Shown here piece by piece: positions 28,129-37,585 of a DNA stretch of 64,000 nt; position 1 is the first letter of the stretch; each line of letters begins with the position of its first letter. Source of the stretch: Promethearchaeota archaeon (GTDB lineage Archaea; Asgardarchaeota; Hermodarchaeia; Hermodarchaeales; Hermodarchaeaceae); the NCBI GenBank assembly GCA_048939245.1, contig JBHLPR010000003.1, positions 17,895-81,894 of the forward strand, written 5' to 3'. Under the pieces are notes generated by a model. It worked only from the letters and a program-made list of their open reading frames with translations. It did not search any database and had not been told where the DNA came from. A program made the translations under genes and the position numbers.

Positions 28129-29034
28129 ATGGCTATTGAAGGGGTTTCACCAGTCGTCAACACTTTCTTTGGGACAACAACAGACCCTTCATCAGCAGTT
28201 TTTGTGTTCATGGGAGTGCCATTTGATAAAACCAGTACTCACCGTCTTGGAGCAAAACACGGTCCTGCGGCAATCCGTACAGCCTCACAGGCGATTGAAA
28301 GTTTTTGTTTACAAGAACAAAATACTATTGATGCTGCTCTTCTCCCAATCGCTGATATCGGTGACGTCATATTTGGCCAGAACTCAGTCCAAAGCATGCT
28401 GCGTGCCGTAGAATCAGTAGTGGGACAAATCACTCAACAAGAAAAGACCCCACTTCTCCTTGGAGGCGAACACACCCTCACCCTCGCAGCAGTTCGCGCC
28501 TTACCACGTGATATTATATTACTTCAATTTGATGCTCATATGGATTTACGCGACCGCTTCAATGACCAAGAGTTTTCTCATGCTTGCGTACAACGACGAA
28601 TTGTCGAGCAACTGGGTCCTGATCATCTCATCCAAATCGGCGTAAGAGCTGTGTCTGAAGAGGAATACGATTATGCTCAGGAACACAATATTACATTTTA
28701 CACCTGTGATGCGATTAGAAAGGAAGGGGCTGCTACAATAGCCCATCGAATTAATGAGGCAATTCCTCCCGGTCCACCGATATACCTTTCTATAGACATG
28801 GACGTCTTAGATCCAGCTTATGCTCCCGCAGTAGGGAACCCAGAAGCCGGAGGAATATCAACCTCCCAATTACTTACAATCCTCCGCGTTATCGCGCCAC
28901 GTGCTAAGATTTTTGATATCTCTGAAATTACTCCTCAATACGATCAAGGTATCACCGCTATTGCTGCTGCTCGAATTATCACCACATTCCTTTGTGTTCA
29001 AGCCAACCGTCTTAGCCAAGCTTCTTCGAAATGA
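28129..29034 (+). CDS. speB: Agmatinase (ureohydrolase family)
   Basis: GVPFD, GPAAIR, GGEH, DAHMD, SIDMDVLDP. Confidence 0.92.
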   Translation: MAIEGVSPVVNTFFGTTTDPSSAVFVFMGVPFDKTSTHRLGAKHGPAAIRTASQAIESFCLQEQNTIDAALLPIADIGDVIFGQNSVQSMLRAVESVVGQITQQEKTPLLLGGEHTLTLAAVRALPRDIILLQFDAHMDLRDRFNDQEFSHACVQRRIVEQLGPDHLIQIGVRAVSEEEYDYAQEHNITFYTCDAIRKEGAATIAHRINEAIPPGPPIYLSIDMDVLDPAYAPAVGNPEAGGISTSQLLTILRVIAPRAKIFDISEITPQYDQGITAIAAARIITTFLCVQANRLSQASSK

Positions 29035-29140
29035 TATTTACTTTTAGCATACAGTTTTTTTATCTCATTAAATTTCAGTGGGGAAAAGCCTTAAAGTTCA
29101 AAACCATAGGAGCAAACCAATCAAGAATGGGTGAAATTCG

Positions 29141-30154
29141 GTGTCAGATATTCTTGGTGTATTAGGTCAGCTAGGATCACAAGTAGATGAAAAAATGCTC
29201 GAACTTCTTGCTGTAGGTGCCTCAAAGGACTTCCAGGAGGTGGTCTTTCATCAGGTTCAAGCTGGCGGAAAACGTATTCGACCGGCCTTGACACTTCTAT
29301 TTTGTCAAGCTGTAGGTGGGGATATTAATGATGCCTTATCTACAGCCGCGGCTATCGAATTAGTCCACAACTACTCACTGATCCTCGACGATATCATCGA
29401 TGATGCTTACATACGACGAAATCTCCCCACGACATGGACCAAATACGGTCTCAACTTTGGTGTTTTAGCATCGACTCATTATCGGGAAGCCATTGAGGAA
29501 GGCGTGCTTCAATCTCCTAACCACTCAGCAATCTCACGAATTATCGCAGATACTATTCGCGAACTAGTCGAAGGCGAACGACTAGATGTTCTATTCGAAC
29601 AACTACCAAGCGAAGAAGAATATACGGAGAAACACCGCTATCGTGATGTCAGCTTAGATGATTATGAAACCATGATAGGATACAAAACAGCCTCATTAAT
29701 CCGCGCCGCATGTGAAGTTGGAGTAATCTGTGCAGGAGGTTCAGAAAAACAACAAGAAGCTGCAAGAGAATTTGGCTGGAAGGCTGGCATCGCCTTTCAG
29801 CTAGCTGATGATGTACTCGATCTTTTTGCCGAAGAAATGAAACTTGGAAAAAAATTGGGTAAAGATATCTATGAACATAAACTGGGTAATGCTGTGATTT
29901 TGCGAGCTCTTCCTCTTCTGTCTCCTGATGACCGCGGCTTCGTTCTCAAGGTTCTTCGCTCTCCAAAACCTAATGAATCCGATGTTAAAGAAGTGATCAA
30001 ACTCTTTAAACAAACTAAGGCTAGTGAACAAGTACGAGAACTAGCAAAACAGCTGGTTGAAGAAGCAAAAAAGGCACTCAAACATTTTCCAAATAAAGAT
30101 GCAACCGCGTTACTTGAAAATCTAGTCGCCTTTATCTATCAACGCTCCTTCTAA
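29141..30154 (+). CDS. Polyprenyl (geranylgeranyl) diphosphate synthase
   Basis: GGKRIRP, DDIID..RR, KTA, FQLADDVLD. Confidence 0.92.
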   Translation: MSDILGVLGQLGSQVDEKMLELLAVGASKDFQEVVFHQVQAGGKRIRPALTLLFCQAVGGDINDALSTAAAIELVHNYSLILDDIIDDAYIRRNLPTTWTKYGLNFGVLASTHYREAIEEGVLQSPNHSAISRIIADTIRELVEGERLDVLFEQLPSEEEYTEKHRYRDVSLDDYETMIGYKTASLIRAACEVGVICAGGSEKQQEAAREFGWKAGIAFQLADDVLDLFAEEMKLGKKLGKDIYEHKLGNAVILRALPLLSPDDRGFVLKVLRSPKPNESDVKEVIKLFKQTKASEQVRELAKQLVEEAKKALKHFPNKDATALLENLVAFIYQRSF

Positions 30155-30170
30155 GGATTTGAAATGGGGG

Positions 30171-31079
30171 TTAATCCAATCCATCGGTTTCCATCAGTGC
30201 TCGAAGCTCTTGCATACTTAGTTTCTGTCCTGCTTGCTGCTTCGCCTTAGCTTGTTCAGCCATTTTTTCCATCACAACTTTCTCTCGTGCCTGGCGAGAC
30301 GCTTTACGTTTGTTTCGAATTGCATCCAATTGGGTTTTCAGTCTATTTTCTTGTCCTCGTAAGACCTCCAATCGGTCACGCATCTCATCTGCTTCTTGGA
30401 GGCATTTAACATACATTTGATGAGCCTCATCAATCTCTGTTCGAGCAGGACCAAGACCTTGCGATAGTTGAATGATGCTCTGATGAGTTTGTTGCGCCTC
30501 TTCCACGAGGGCTATCATTTTTTCATGATGCTCTTGGGCTCTATCTCTAATTTCCTGTATCTCCTGCCATAGTTGGCTCATTTCATCTGTATAGTTTGAT
30601 GTCATTGATTCTTGCGGAGAGGCAGTTTCCATTGCCTTCGATAACCGTTGCAATTCCTCTAAGAGGGCTCTTTCTTCATCTACCGTGAGTGAAGTGGTCT
30701 GTTGTTGCCATTCTAACTCTCGAAACTGCTGTTGCAAATCTTCCAATGGGATTAAATCACCCTGTTTTTCGCGCTGAGATTTTAATTTCTGTAGTTGTTC
30801 CTGTAATTGGTGAGCCTGTTCATTGGCTTCATCTCGTAACGTTTTTTGCCGTTGAACTTCTGCATTCAATTCATCTCTTTTTGTTCGTTGATCGGACATT
30901 TCATTATGGGCTACTGGGGTTTCAGATCGTAGCTCATCTCTTCTATCACGCCATTCCCAGGCTCTATTTCGAGCATCTTTAATTCCACGTAACAACACAC
31001 GTATCGCTGCTTGCACTTTTCGAAGTTGATCCAGAATGATCCCAAATTCATCTTTTTCCGTCTCGGAATCCTTGGCCAT
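30171..31079 (-). CDS. Archaeal coiled-coil protein (COG1340-like)
   Basis: RDELN heptads, LEWQQQTTSL, G.KLS..EL C-terminus. Confidence 0.8.
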   Translation of the reverse strand: MAKDSETEKDEFGIILDQLRKVQAAIRVLLRGIKDARNRAWEWRDRRDELRSETPVAHNEMSDQRTKRDELNAEVQRQKTLRDEANEQAHQLQEQLQKLKSQREKQGDLIPLEDLQQQFRELEWQQQTTSLTVDEERALLEELQRLSKAMETASPQESMTSNYTDEMSQLWQEIQEIRDRAQEHHEKMIALVEEAQQTHQSIIQLSQGLGPARTEIDEAHQMYVKCLQEADEMRDRLEVLRGQENRLKTQLDAIRNKRKASRQAREKVVMEKMAEQAKAKQQAGQKLSMQELRALMETDGLD

Positions 31080-31191
31080 ATTATCCACATTAGTCTTGAT
31101 TATATGCTGTAATGATTCTTGTAGCACAGGACTACTTTGCCTAAATCTTTTTGGTCTCAGAAATAAGTAGACCTGAAAAGGGGCTAATTCA

Positions 31192-32340
31192 ATGACAATC
31201 CCTCTCTTAAATATGGACGACAAAATTCAACTCGTCAGACAGTATATGAACGACTTCAACATTGATGGCTGGCTTATAATTGATTTTAGAGGAACTGACC
31301 CAACGGGACCAGCATTGCTCGGAAATCTTGCTCCCCATTCGCGCTTATATGCAATTCTCATCACGGCTTCCGGTCCTATTACCATAATCAAATCTCCTGT
31401 CGAAGGGAACGAATTAATCGATCTCCACCCCTCGATCAACACCATTGACACCCTGACCCAAACAGCTTTCATGCAGGCTATCCGACAACAGGTCAAAGGC
31501 TTTGAACGTATTGCATTGAACTGTGGTAAGAATCCTCAAACAGATGTCTTACCCGCAGGTAGATTCATCCACCTTCAACAAGTGCTACCTAAAATGAATT
31601 GGGAAACCGGAGAAAACTTGATGCAAATAATCCATTCAGTGCTTACGCCAGCGCAAATGGAAAGTCACAAACATGCCGCTCATACACTCACCAATATTAT
31701 GGGACAAACATTCGATTTCATCAAAGATCGAATCGGTTCTATTACAGAAGCCCAGGTTGCTAATTACATGCATGACCTTCTCCGAAAAGAAAAATTAACC
31801 TTCCTTGAAGGACCAATGGTTGCAGTGCAAGCTAATGCTGCGAATCCACATTACACTCCGGGAAATGTTAGGATTAGGAAGAACCAGATACTAATGATTG
31901 ATCTTTGGGCAAAATGGGACATATATGCTGATATCACACACATGGCTTTTACCGGATCGAAAGTTCCCACCAAGATTCAGACTGTCTGGGATACAGTCCT
32001 TGAAGCTCGAAATACAGCAACAGCAGCTATTAAACCAAATATTCCTGCCAGTATTCCCGATGAGCTGGCTCGTGAAGTCATTATCGCCGCAGGGTTCGAA
32101 AAAGAGATACTACATCGAACAGGACATAGTATCGATACTAGATCTCATGGTCAAGGAGCAAATTTAGACAGCTATGAAATGCCCGAAACACGTCTTTTAC
32201 TCCCCAATACACTCACATCCGTTGAACCTGGAATCTATCTAAAAGGACGGTTTGGAATTCGAAGTGAAATCAACGTTGCAGTCACAGATACAGGGCACCT
32301 TGTTACAACTCCCCCACAAGAAAACTTATTGTGCTTGTAA
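31192..32340 (+). CDS. M24 Xaa-Pro aminopeptidase family
   Basis: ANPHY, D..ADIT, HRTGH, EPGIY, GIRSE. Confidence 0.92.
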   Translation: MTIPLLNMDDKIQLVRQYMNDFNIDGWLIIDFRGTDPTGPALLGNLAPHSRLYAILITASGPITIIKSPVEGNELIDLHPSINTIDTLTQTAFMQAIRQQVKGFERIALNCGKNPQTDVLPAGRFIHLQQVLPKMNWETGENLMQIIHSVLTPAQMESHKHAAHTLTNIMGQTFDFIKDRIGSITEAQVANYMHDLLRKEKLTFLEGPMVAVQANAANPHYTPGNVRIRKNQILMIDLWAKWDIYADITHMAFTGSKVPTKIQTVWDTVLEARNTATAAIKPNIPASIPDELAREVIIAAGFEKEILHRTGHSIDTRSHGQGANLDSYEMPETRLLLPNTLTSVEPGIYLKGRFGIRSEINVAVTDTGHLVTTPPQENLLCL

Positions 32341-32398
32341 TATAATATGGGAACGTTAGTTGCTATTCAAATAATAGCATCCGGCGGGATGATGTATC

Positions 32399-33190
32399 AT
32401 GGCGGATAAATTTGTTTTATTGCTCGAGTTTTCTTCGGGAATCATCGAACCCCTTCCCCTTTCGGTTGGAGCCCTCACAGAAGATCGAATTGTGATAGTG
32501 ATTGATGAAATCAAAGAACGTGTCTGGTTATGGCAAGGGACTACAACCACTCTTGTCGAACGCCGAGCAGCACAACGTAAAGCACGCTCGCTTGTCAGTG
32601 CGGGATACCAACTTGGTCCATATCGAATTGGACGGGATGTAACCGATATCGAAATTATCGATGGTGATATTCTTGATGACCCTGAAATAAAAGGGTACTA
32701 CGACCAATTAGTTCATACTCTAAGCCAAAATTTTAAAATCACCGAAGGTGTCCTTGGCAGGTTCAGTGGAACCCTCTCTCCTGCTCCACAACCAACAGAA
32801 GGCGTGTCTGCGCCAACACCGAAACCCGCATCAACACCTACACCCATAGAAAAAAGTGTTCCAGCTCAAGAAGAGGTAATAAAAGTCGCTCCTGCTGCAT
32901 CAACGACGGAAGTTGTTGCTCCGAAGCCGACTCGTGAATTACAGGATCTTGGGGTGATTCGGGTCGGAATTCTCATCTCTTCCATTCTCGACTTCTTCCC
33001 CATGTGTTATGTTAGTGCCACTAAAATCGAGGATGGTACACGCTATTCAATAGAAGACCCTGAAGGCATCATCTGTCAAATTGAAGTGGCTAACGGTTCG
33101 GTTCATTTTCTCCAACGGTATGATTTTCGTGGAAGGCGCAAAGACATTCTTGGGATGCTCCGTGACCGATTAGCTGCCGCAGATCTTTAG
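32399..33190 (+). CDS. Gelsolin-like domain protein with Pro/Thr linker and C-terminal domain
   Basis: L..D.IVIVIDE...VWLWQG.....ERRAA...A..L matches the gelsolin repeat consensus. Confidence 0.7.
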   Translation: MADKFVLLLEFSSGIIEPLPLSVGALTEDRIVIVIDEIKERVWLWQGTTTTLVERRAAQRKARSLVSAGYQLGPYRIGRDVTDIEIIDGDILDDPEIKGYYDQLVHTLSQNFKITEGVLGRFSGTLSPAPQPTEGVSAPTPKPASTPTPIEKSVPAQEEVIKVAPAASTTEVVAPKPTRELQDLGVIRVGILISSILDFFPMCYVSATKIEDGTRYSIEDPEGIICQIEVANGSVHFLQRYDFRGRRKDILGMLRDRLAAADL

Positions 33191-33405
33191 CACATCCCTC
33201 TCAAAGGAAAATTTTTGCAGGAACTGTATTCAATACAACACGCAATTCAAGCACAGGGTCAACTTAATAAATACGGTAACAAATTCTAAACCGACCCTTG
33301 ACACAAAATACACTCTGCAGGTACCGAGCTAGTAATTCGGGGGTCAAAATTCCTCAAAGTAAGCAGCGCTTCGAACCCTTTTGGGTCAATCGGGATGTTA
33401 TAAAC

Positions 33406-34137
33406 ATGACACGAATTATAATGTTGGAAATTGGAGGTCTAGGCTTTGTTCGATCTATTCGTCCTGGAGCTCGGAAGCTCCAGGGTGATGTCTGTGTCGC
33501 AGTGGTAGATGAACAAAATAAAGCCCTTTGGTTTTGGATGGGGAGCGGTGTTCAATACGATAAACGCCGGACAGCGAAGGCAAAAGCTGAACAAATCACT
33601 TCGGAAGGGCATCGAATCGGGGATGAACATCTAGCTCGTGGATATACTCTTGTTCCCATAGACCAAGATAAGCTCGAGGACCCCACAACCTCCAATAACT
33701 ACAATAACCTTATTGCACTCCTTGAAGCACCAATGGAAATCAATACGGTTGCTAATCCTAAAGGAACGCTAATCATAGGGCAACTTCAAGTAGGTATTTC
33801 ATCTGCTCCTGTATCCACAAGTACTCAAGCGCCTGCAGAAACTGCTCCCTCTCAAGTAAGTATTACTCCAGGGAAACCTGCTGTTCCAGCCACCACTAAA
33901 AAAACCACTAAATTAGATTTGGAAGCCGCTTTGATGGCTGTTATTCGTGTTCATCAACAGGTGCACATCGAGTATAAAAGCAAGGATGATACTGAAGAAA
34001 TTACCATCGAAGGTATTGATGGGCTTACTCACAAAATGAAACGGAGCAAAGGAAAACTCACCTTCAAATGGGATTCAAAAACTCCGAAAGAGCTCAAACA
34101 ATTGGTTGCCCATGAGCTCAAACGCATCGCAGGCTAA
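33406..34137 (+). CDS. Gelsolin-like domain protein, paralog 2
   Basis: LQGDVCVAVVDE...LWFWMGSG...KRRTAKAKAEQI; S/T/P linker. Confidence 0.68.
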   Translation: MTRIIMLEIGGLGFVRSIRPGARKLQGDVCVAVVDEQNKALWFWMGSGVQYDKRRTAKAKAEQITSEGHRIGDEHLARGYTLVPIDQDKLEDPTTSNNYNNLIALLEAPMEINTVANPKGTLIIGQLQVGISSAPVSTSTQAPAETAPSQVSITPGKPAVPATTKKTTKLDLEAALMAVIRVHQQVHIEYKSKDDTEEITIEGIDGLTHKMKRSKGKLTFKWDSKTPKELKQLVAHELKRIAG

Positions 34138-34164
34138 TGCAGCATTGATTAAAGGCATGAAATA

Positions 34165-34737
34165 ATGAGCTCTCTTCTTTTTGCCTTGCTATTAATTGCT
34201 TCATATTCCCTCGTCGGGGGAGCTATCAAAGTACTGGACCAACTAACAGATCATCCAGAATCTTATCAAAGTCGCCACATCTATCTGTGGTTGCTAACAG
34301 TTATTCTAGTTATTCTAGTCAATATCTGTGTCTTCCTTGATGTCTATACTGCTGTCCTAGCAATTGGAGTAATCTTAGGATTAATTGTGACACACAAAGT
34401 CGATAACAGATATTTCGTCGTTTTAACAATCACCATATTACCTCTAAGTATACTTCGGGTCTTAGGATTCGCATTTACTTCGTTCATTCTCCTAACTCTC
34501 CTCGCAGTTTTTATTGCCTCACTCTTTGATGAATTATTACACGAAAAAGCATCAAAGGTTTCAACCACTGCCTTACACACTCTTCTAACGTATCGCCCTA
34601 TCTTGAAAATCTTGGTGTTAATCCTTCCTTTCTGGAATTTATTAACCTTCATTCACACTTTAGGATTCTGGGGGTTTGATTTTGCATATGAATTGGTTGC
34701 ATACTACTTTCGCGCCTCTTCCCTTCCAGAAGCTTAA
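34165..34737 (+). CDS. Hypothetical multi-pass membrane protein
   Basis: About 6 TM segments; K..DQ..D, KVDN and DE..HE motifs. Confidence 0.75.
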   Translation: MSSLLFALLLIASYSLVGGAIKVLDQLTDHPESYQSRHIYLWLLTVILVILVNICVFLDVYTAVLAIGVILGLIVTHKVDNRYFVVLTITILPLSILRVLGFAFTSFILLTLLAVFIASLFDELLHEKASKVSTTALHTLLTYRPILKILVLILPFWNLLTFIHTLGFWGFDFAYELVAYYFRASSLPEA

Positions 34738-34839
34738 GTTCACATAGATTAAACCTCCAAATCGAGTCCTTCTCTCCTGGTTTGGAAAGGTTTAAGTCGG
34801 CTCAATTGCCAAAGAAACACACAAAGGTGAGGCTAAACC

Positions 34840-35082
34840 ATGAAAGCAAATATCTCGCTTTCCTATAGGGGATCAAGTCGTGAAGAGAATGCAACTAAGA
34901 CTGGCTGGATTAATTTACTACTAAACCAACATGGACGGATAATTAGTAAATTACCTCTGGGGGAAGGACGATATCATTTTGTCATTGAACTCGAGGACTT
35001 GGAACGATTTACCCAGTCCCTTTTTGAGTTCACACGGCAAAATCCTTGGCTACGTGTAGAAAAAGTCTCAACTCACGCTTGA
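34840..35082 (+). CDS. Small hypothetical protein (ACT/ferredoxin-fold-like)
   Basis: GGTGAGG RBS; alternating beta/alpha pattern. Confidence 0.6.
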   Translation: MKANISLSYRGSSREENATKTGWINLLLNQHGRIISKLPLGEGRYHFVIELEDLERFTQSLFEFTRQNPWLRVEKVSTHA

Positions 35083-35097
35083 GACCCTACAGGATTT

Positions 35098-36504
35098 TCA
35101 ACCGAGAATGAACCGTTGACCAATTCTAGGGGCTATTGCAGGGCATCTAAGAAGACCTTTGGCAGTATTTGCTAGACTCTTACAGGCTCCAGGACTCCCA
35201 TGAATACAAAACACGGTTTGTGGAGGATTTCGCCGAAGGGAAGCAAGAAATTCCTTTAATTCATTCTTATCCGCGTGAGCTGAAAACCCGTACAAACGTT
35301 CAACTTGCGTCTTTACCCTTTTTTTGCGTCCATATATTGTTACAGTTCTAGCACCGCGAACTATCTGCTGACCCAGAGTTCTAGGGGCTTGAAAGCCGAT
35401 TACCAGTAAGTGGGTGTTTTTGTTTTCGATGCGACGATAAAGGTGCCTAAGGATGCGTCCTCCGTTCATCATTCCCGAACCTGCAACAATCATGATTGGT
35501 CCTTGTTGCTGGCTAAGCTGGTCGCTTTCATATTGGCGTTCCACAAACTGGAGACCTTTAAACTCCAGAGGGGCGTCACCAGATTGTATCAAATCCCAGG
35601 TTTCTTCATCAAAACATTCTCTATGGTGTGTGAAAATCTCTGTGGCCCTAATAGCTAAGGGGGAATCAATAGCAACTGGAATAACTGGGACACGAGCATT
35701 TTCTACAAGTAAGTTGAGTGCATAGATGAGCGCTTGGGTCCGGCCAATAGCAAAAGCGGGAACCAAAATGTGGCTTCGATGACGATACGCTTTTACAATA
35801 ATTCGCTCAAAACGTCTAATGGTTTTTGAAAAAGGTTCATGAGTACGATTAGCATATGTCGATTCGCATAGAAGGTAGGTCGCACTATCAGGAAAATCCG
35901 GATCTCGAATTATTGGTGCATTCTTCCGTCCAATATCTCCCGAATCAACAAGATGGATAATTTTTCCTCGCTCTTCTGCCCACACTTCAATAATGGATGA
36001 TCCCAGTATGTGTCCGGCATCTCGAAATCGGAGCGTCACATTTCCTGGAAGACTCTTCTTTTCACCATATTTCAGAATACGCAATTTGTTGATAGTTCGT
36101 TCTACATCTCGAATTGTAAATAATGGCTCAATTGAAGGATGATGGTTGCTCTTCGACTCGCTCTGATGAATTCTGGCTCTGGCAGCATCTTCTTCCTCGC
36201 TTTCTGCAACATCTTGAAGAAGCATTGAGCAAAGCTCCGCGGTCGCTGCAGTCACATAGATCGGTCCTTGAAAACCTAATCGAACAAGAATTGGTAAGCG
36301 ACCGCAATGATCGAGGTGTGCATGGGATAGAATTACAAAATCAATTTCAGATGGATCGAATTCAAAGGAACTGTTCCGTTGGTATTGTTTTGCTGGGTTA
36401 CCTTGGAAGAGTCCACAATCAATAAGAAACGAAGTTGATTTTGTCTTAATGTGGTAAAGACTCCCAGTTACAGTCTGTCCAGCCCCATGAATCACTAGTT
36501 CCAA
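35098..36504 (-). CDS. MBL-fold beta-CASP ribonuclease
   Basis: SHAHLDHCG, AGHILGS, SGD, ESTY, FAIGRTQ, FSAHAD. Confidence 0.93.
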   Translation of the reverse strand: MELVIHGAGQTVTGSLYHIKTKSTSFLIDCGLFQGNPAKQYQRNSSFEFDPSEIDFVILSHAHLDHCGRLPILVRLGFQGPIYVTAATAELCSMLLQDVAESEEEDAARARIHQSESKSNHHPSIEPLFTIRDVERTINKLRILKYGEKKSLPGNVTLRFRDAGHILGSSIIEVWAEERGKIIHLVDSGDIGRKNAPIIRDPDFPDSATYLLCESTYANRTHEPFSKTIRRFERIIVKAYRHRSHILVPAFAIGRTQALIYALNLLVENARVPVIPVAIDSPLAIRATEIFTHHRECFDEETWDLIQSGDAPLEFKGLQFVERQYESDQLSQQQGPIMIVAGSGMMNGGRILRHLYRRIENKNTHLLVIGFQAPRTLGQQIVRGARTVTIYGRKKRVKTQVERLYGFSAHADKNELKEFLASLRRNPPQTVFCIHGSPGACKSLANTAKGLLRCPAIAPRIGQRFILG

Positions 36505-36546
36505 GATATCTGGCTCCTCTCAGGTGTAGTAGATAGTACTGAGAAA

Positions 36547-37500
36547 TTAGCCAAAAAGGTCAAACTCAGAGGATCCACCATTGTTGCCATTCTCTTCTTC
36601 ATTATCCACAGCTTCTTCCCTTTCTTCTTGTTCTTCTTCTTTGGTCTCATCATTTTCTTTGGGAGGATTCTGGCTAATCTTGGATAGTTGTTCACGCATG
36701 GATTCCATCACAGAAACCGGTTTGTCCTCAGTGGAAGGAGTAACCCCCCTTTCCAGCTGAGTGGATGCAATGAATATCTGTCCTTCCGCTGCCAGTTGAG
36801 GTTGTTGACCGAAGCATCGAGAAAACGCCTCGATATCTTCTTGAGCTTCTGCTCGAATCTCTGAGAAAAGGATAGCATCTCCTTGACAGAAAAACCGCAT
36901 TTGTAAACGTATAACTGAAACCTGAAATTCATTGGGGCCAATTGGGTTCATAGTGGCCTGTCCGTAACAGTCAGCTACAGCGAAAAGAACCTTAGTTGCT
37001 AGTTGTTCCTCATAGGTTAGTATCCGGCGACGAATTGGAGTTACTTTCCGCACAGGTTCAGGCATAATTGTCTGCTCAATAACCTCAACCTTATCTTTGA
37101 AGGCTTCTTCAAATGTTGATATCTTCTCTTCTTCTTTAACAACAACCAGATACTCTGAAGTCTTCTGATGGGTATCAAGAAGCTTCTGAAGAAGAGTGGC
37201 TTTTGGGCTTTTTAGTTCCCCCGGAACTTCAATGAAGGTCGTACATTTTGTGCCAAAGTGCGTGTCTTCGACACGGGTTCCATTCTTCATTATAAATCGC
37301 GCTTGACGAAGAGCTGTTGTACGTTGTAGCATTGAAGTTCCTCGTCCGAGCCACACCCAAACGATACCCTCTGGTTCATCGACAATAAGGATAGATCTTC
37401 CATCGACGAGGTGGTTAGGATTCCAGTGGAGCGCTTGCATTTCGCCTCCTTCACCTAGGATTTCAATCATCCCAATGAATTGTTTCATTTCTCGTATCAC
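36547..37500 (-). CDS. Gelsolin-like domain protein, paralog 3, with acidic tail
   Basis: LVDGRSILIVDE...VWVWLGRG...QRTTALRQARFI; Glu-rich tail ending EFDLFG. Confidence 0.68.
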   Translation of the reverse strand: MIREMKQFIGMIEILGEGGEMQALHWNPNHLVDGRSILIVDEPEGIVWVWLGRGTSMLQRTTALRQARFIMKNGTRVEDTHFGTKCTTFIEVPGELKSPKATLLQKLLDTHQKTSEYLVVVKEEEKISTFEEAFKDKVEVIEQTIMPEPVRKVTPIRRRILTYEEQLATKVLFAVADCYGQATMNPIGPNEFQVSVIRLQMRFFCQGDAILFSEIRAEAQEDIEAFSRCFGQQPQLAAEGQIFIASTQLERGVTPSTEDKPVSVMESMREQLSKISQNPPKENDETKEEEQEEREEAVDNEEENGNNGGSSEFDLFG

Positions 37501-37585
37501 CGGAAGAAAATATCACGCTTATGCAGCCACACATGGTGAACCTTCACTACATATCAGGGAACGAGGTCTATAAGAAATTGTTGTG

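Noticed and set aside
30171-31079. SMC, ESCRT-III or intermediate-filament-like protein
   Set aside because: No ATPase or Snf7 signature; fits the common archaeal coiled-coil family.
33225-33390. Short GACCC/GGGTC hairpins before the second gelsolin-like gene
   Set aside because: Stems are only 4-6 bp and mutually competing; cannot be distinguished from chance by eye.
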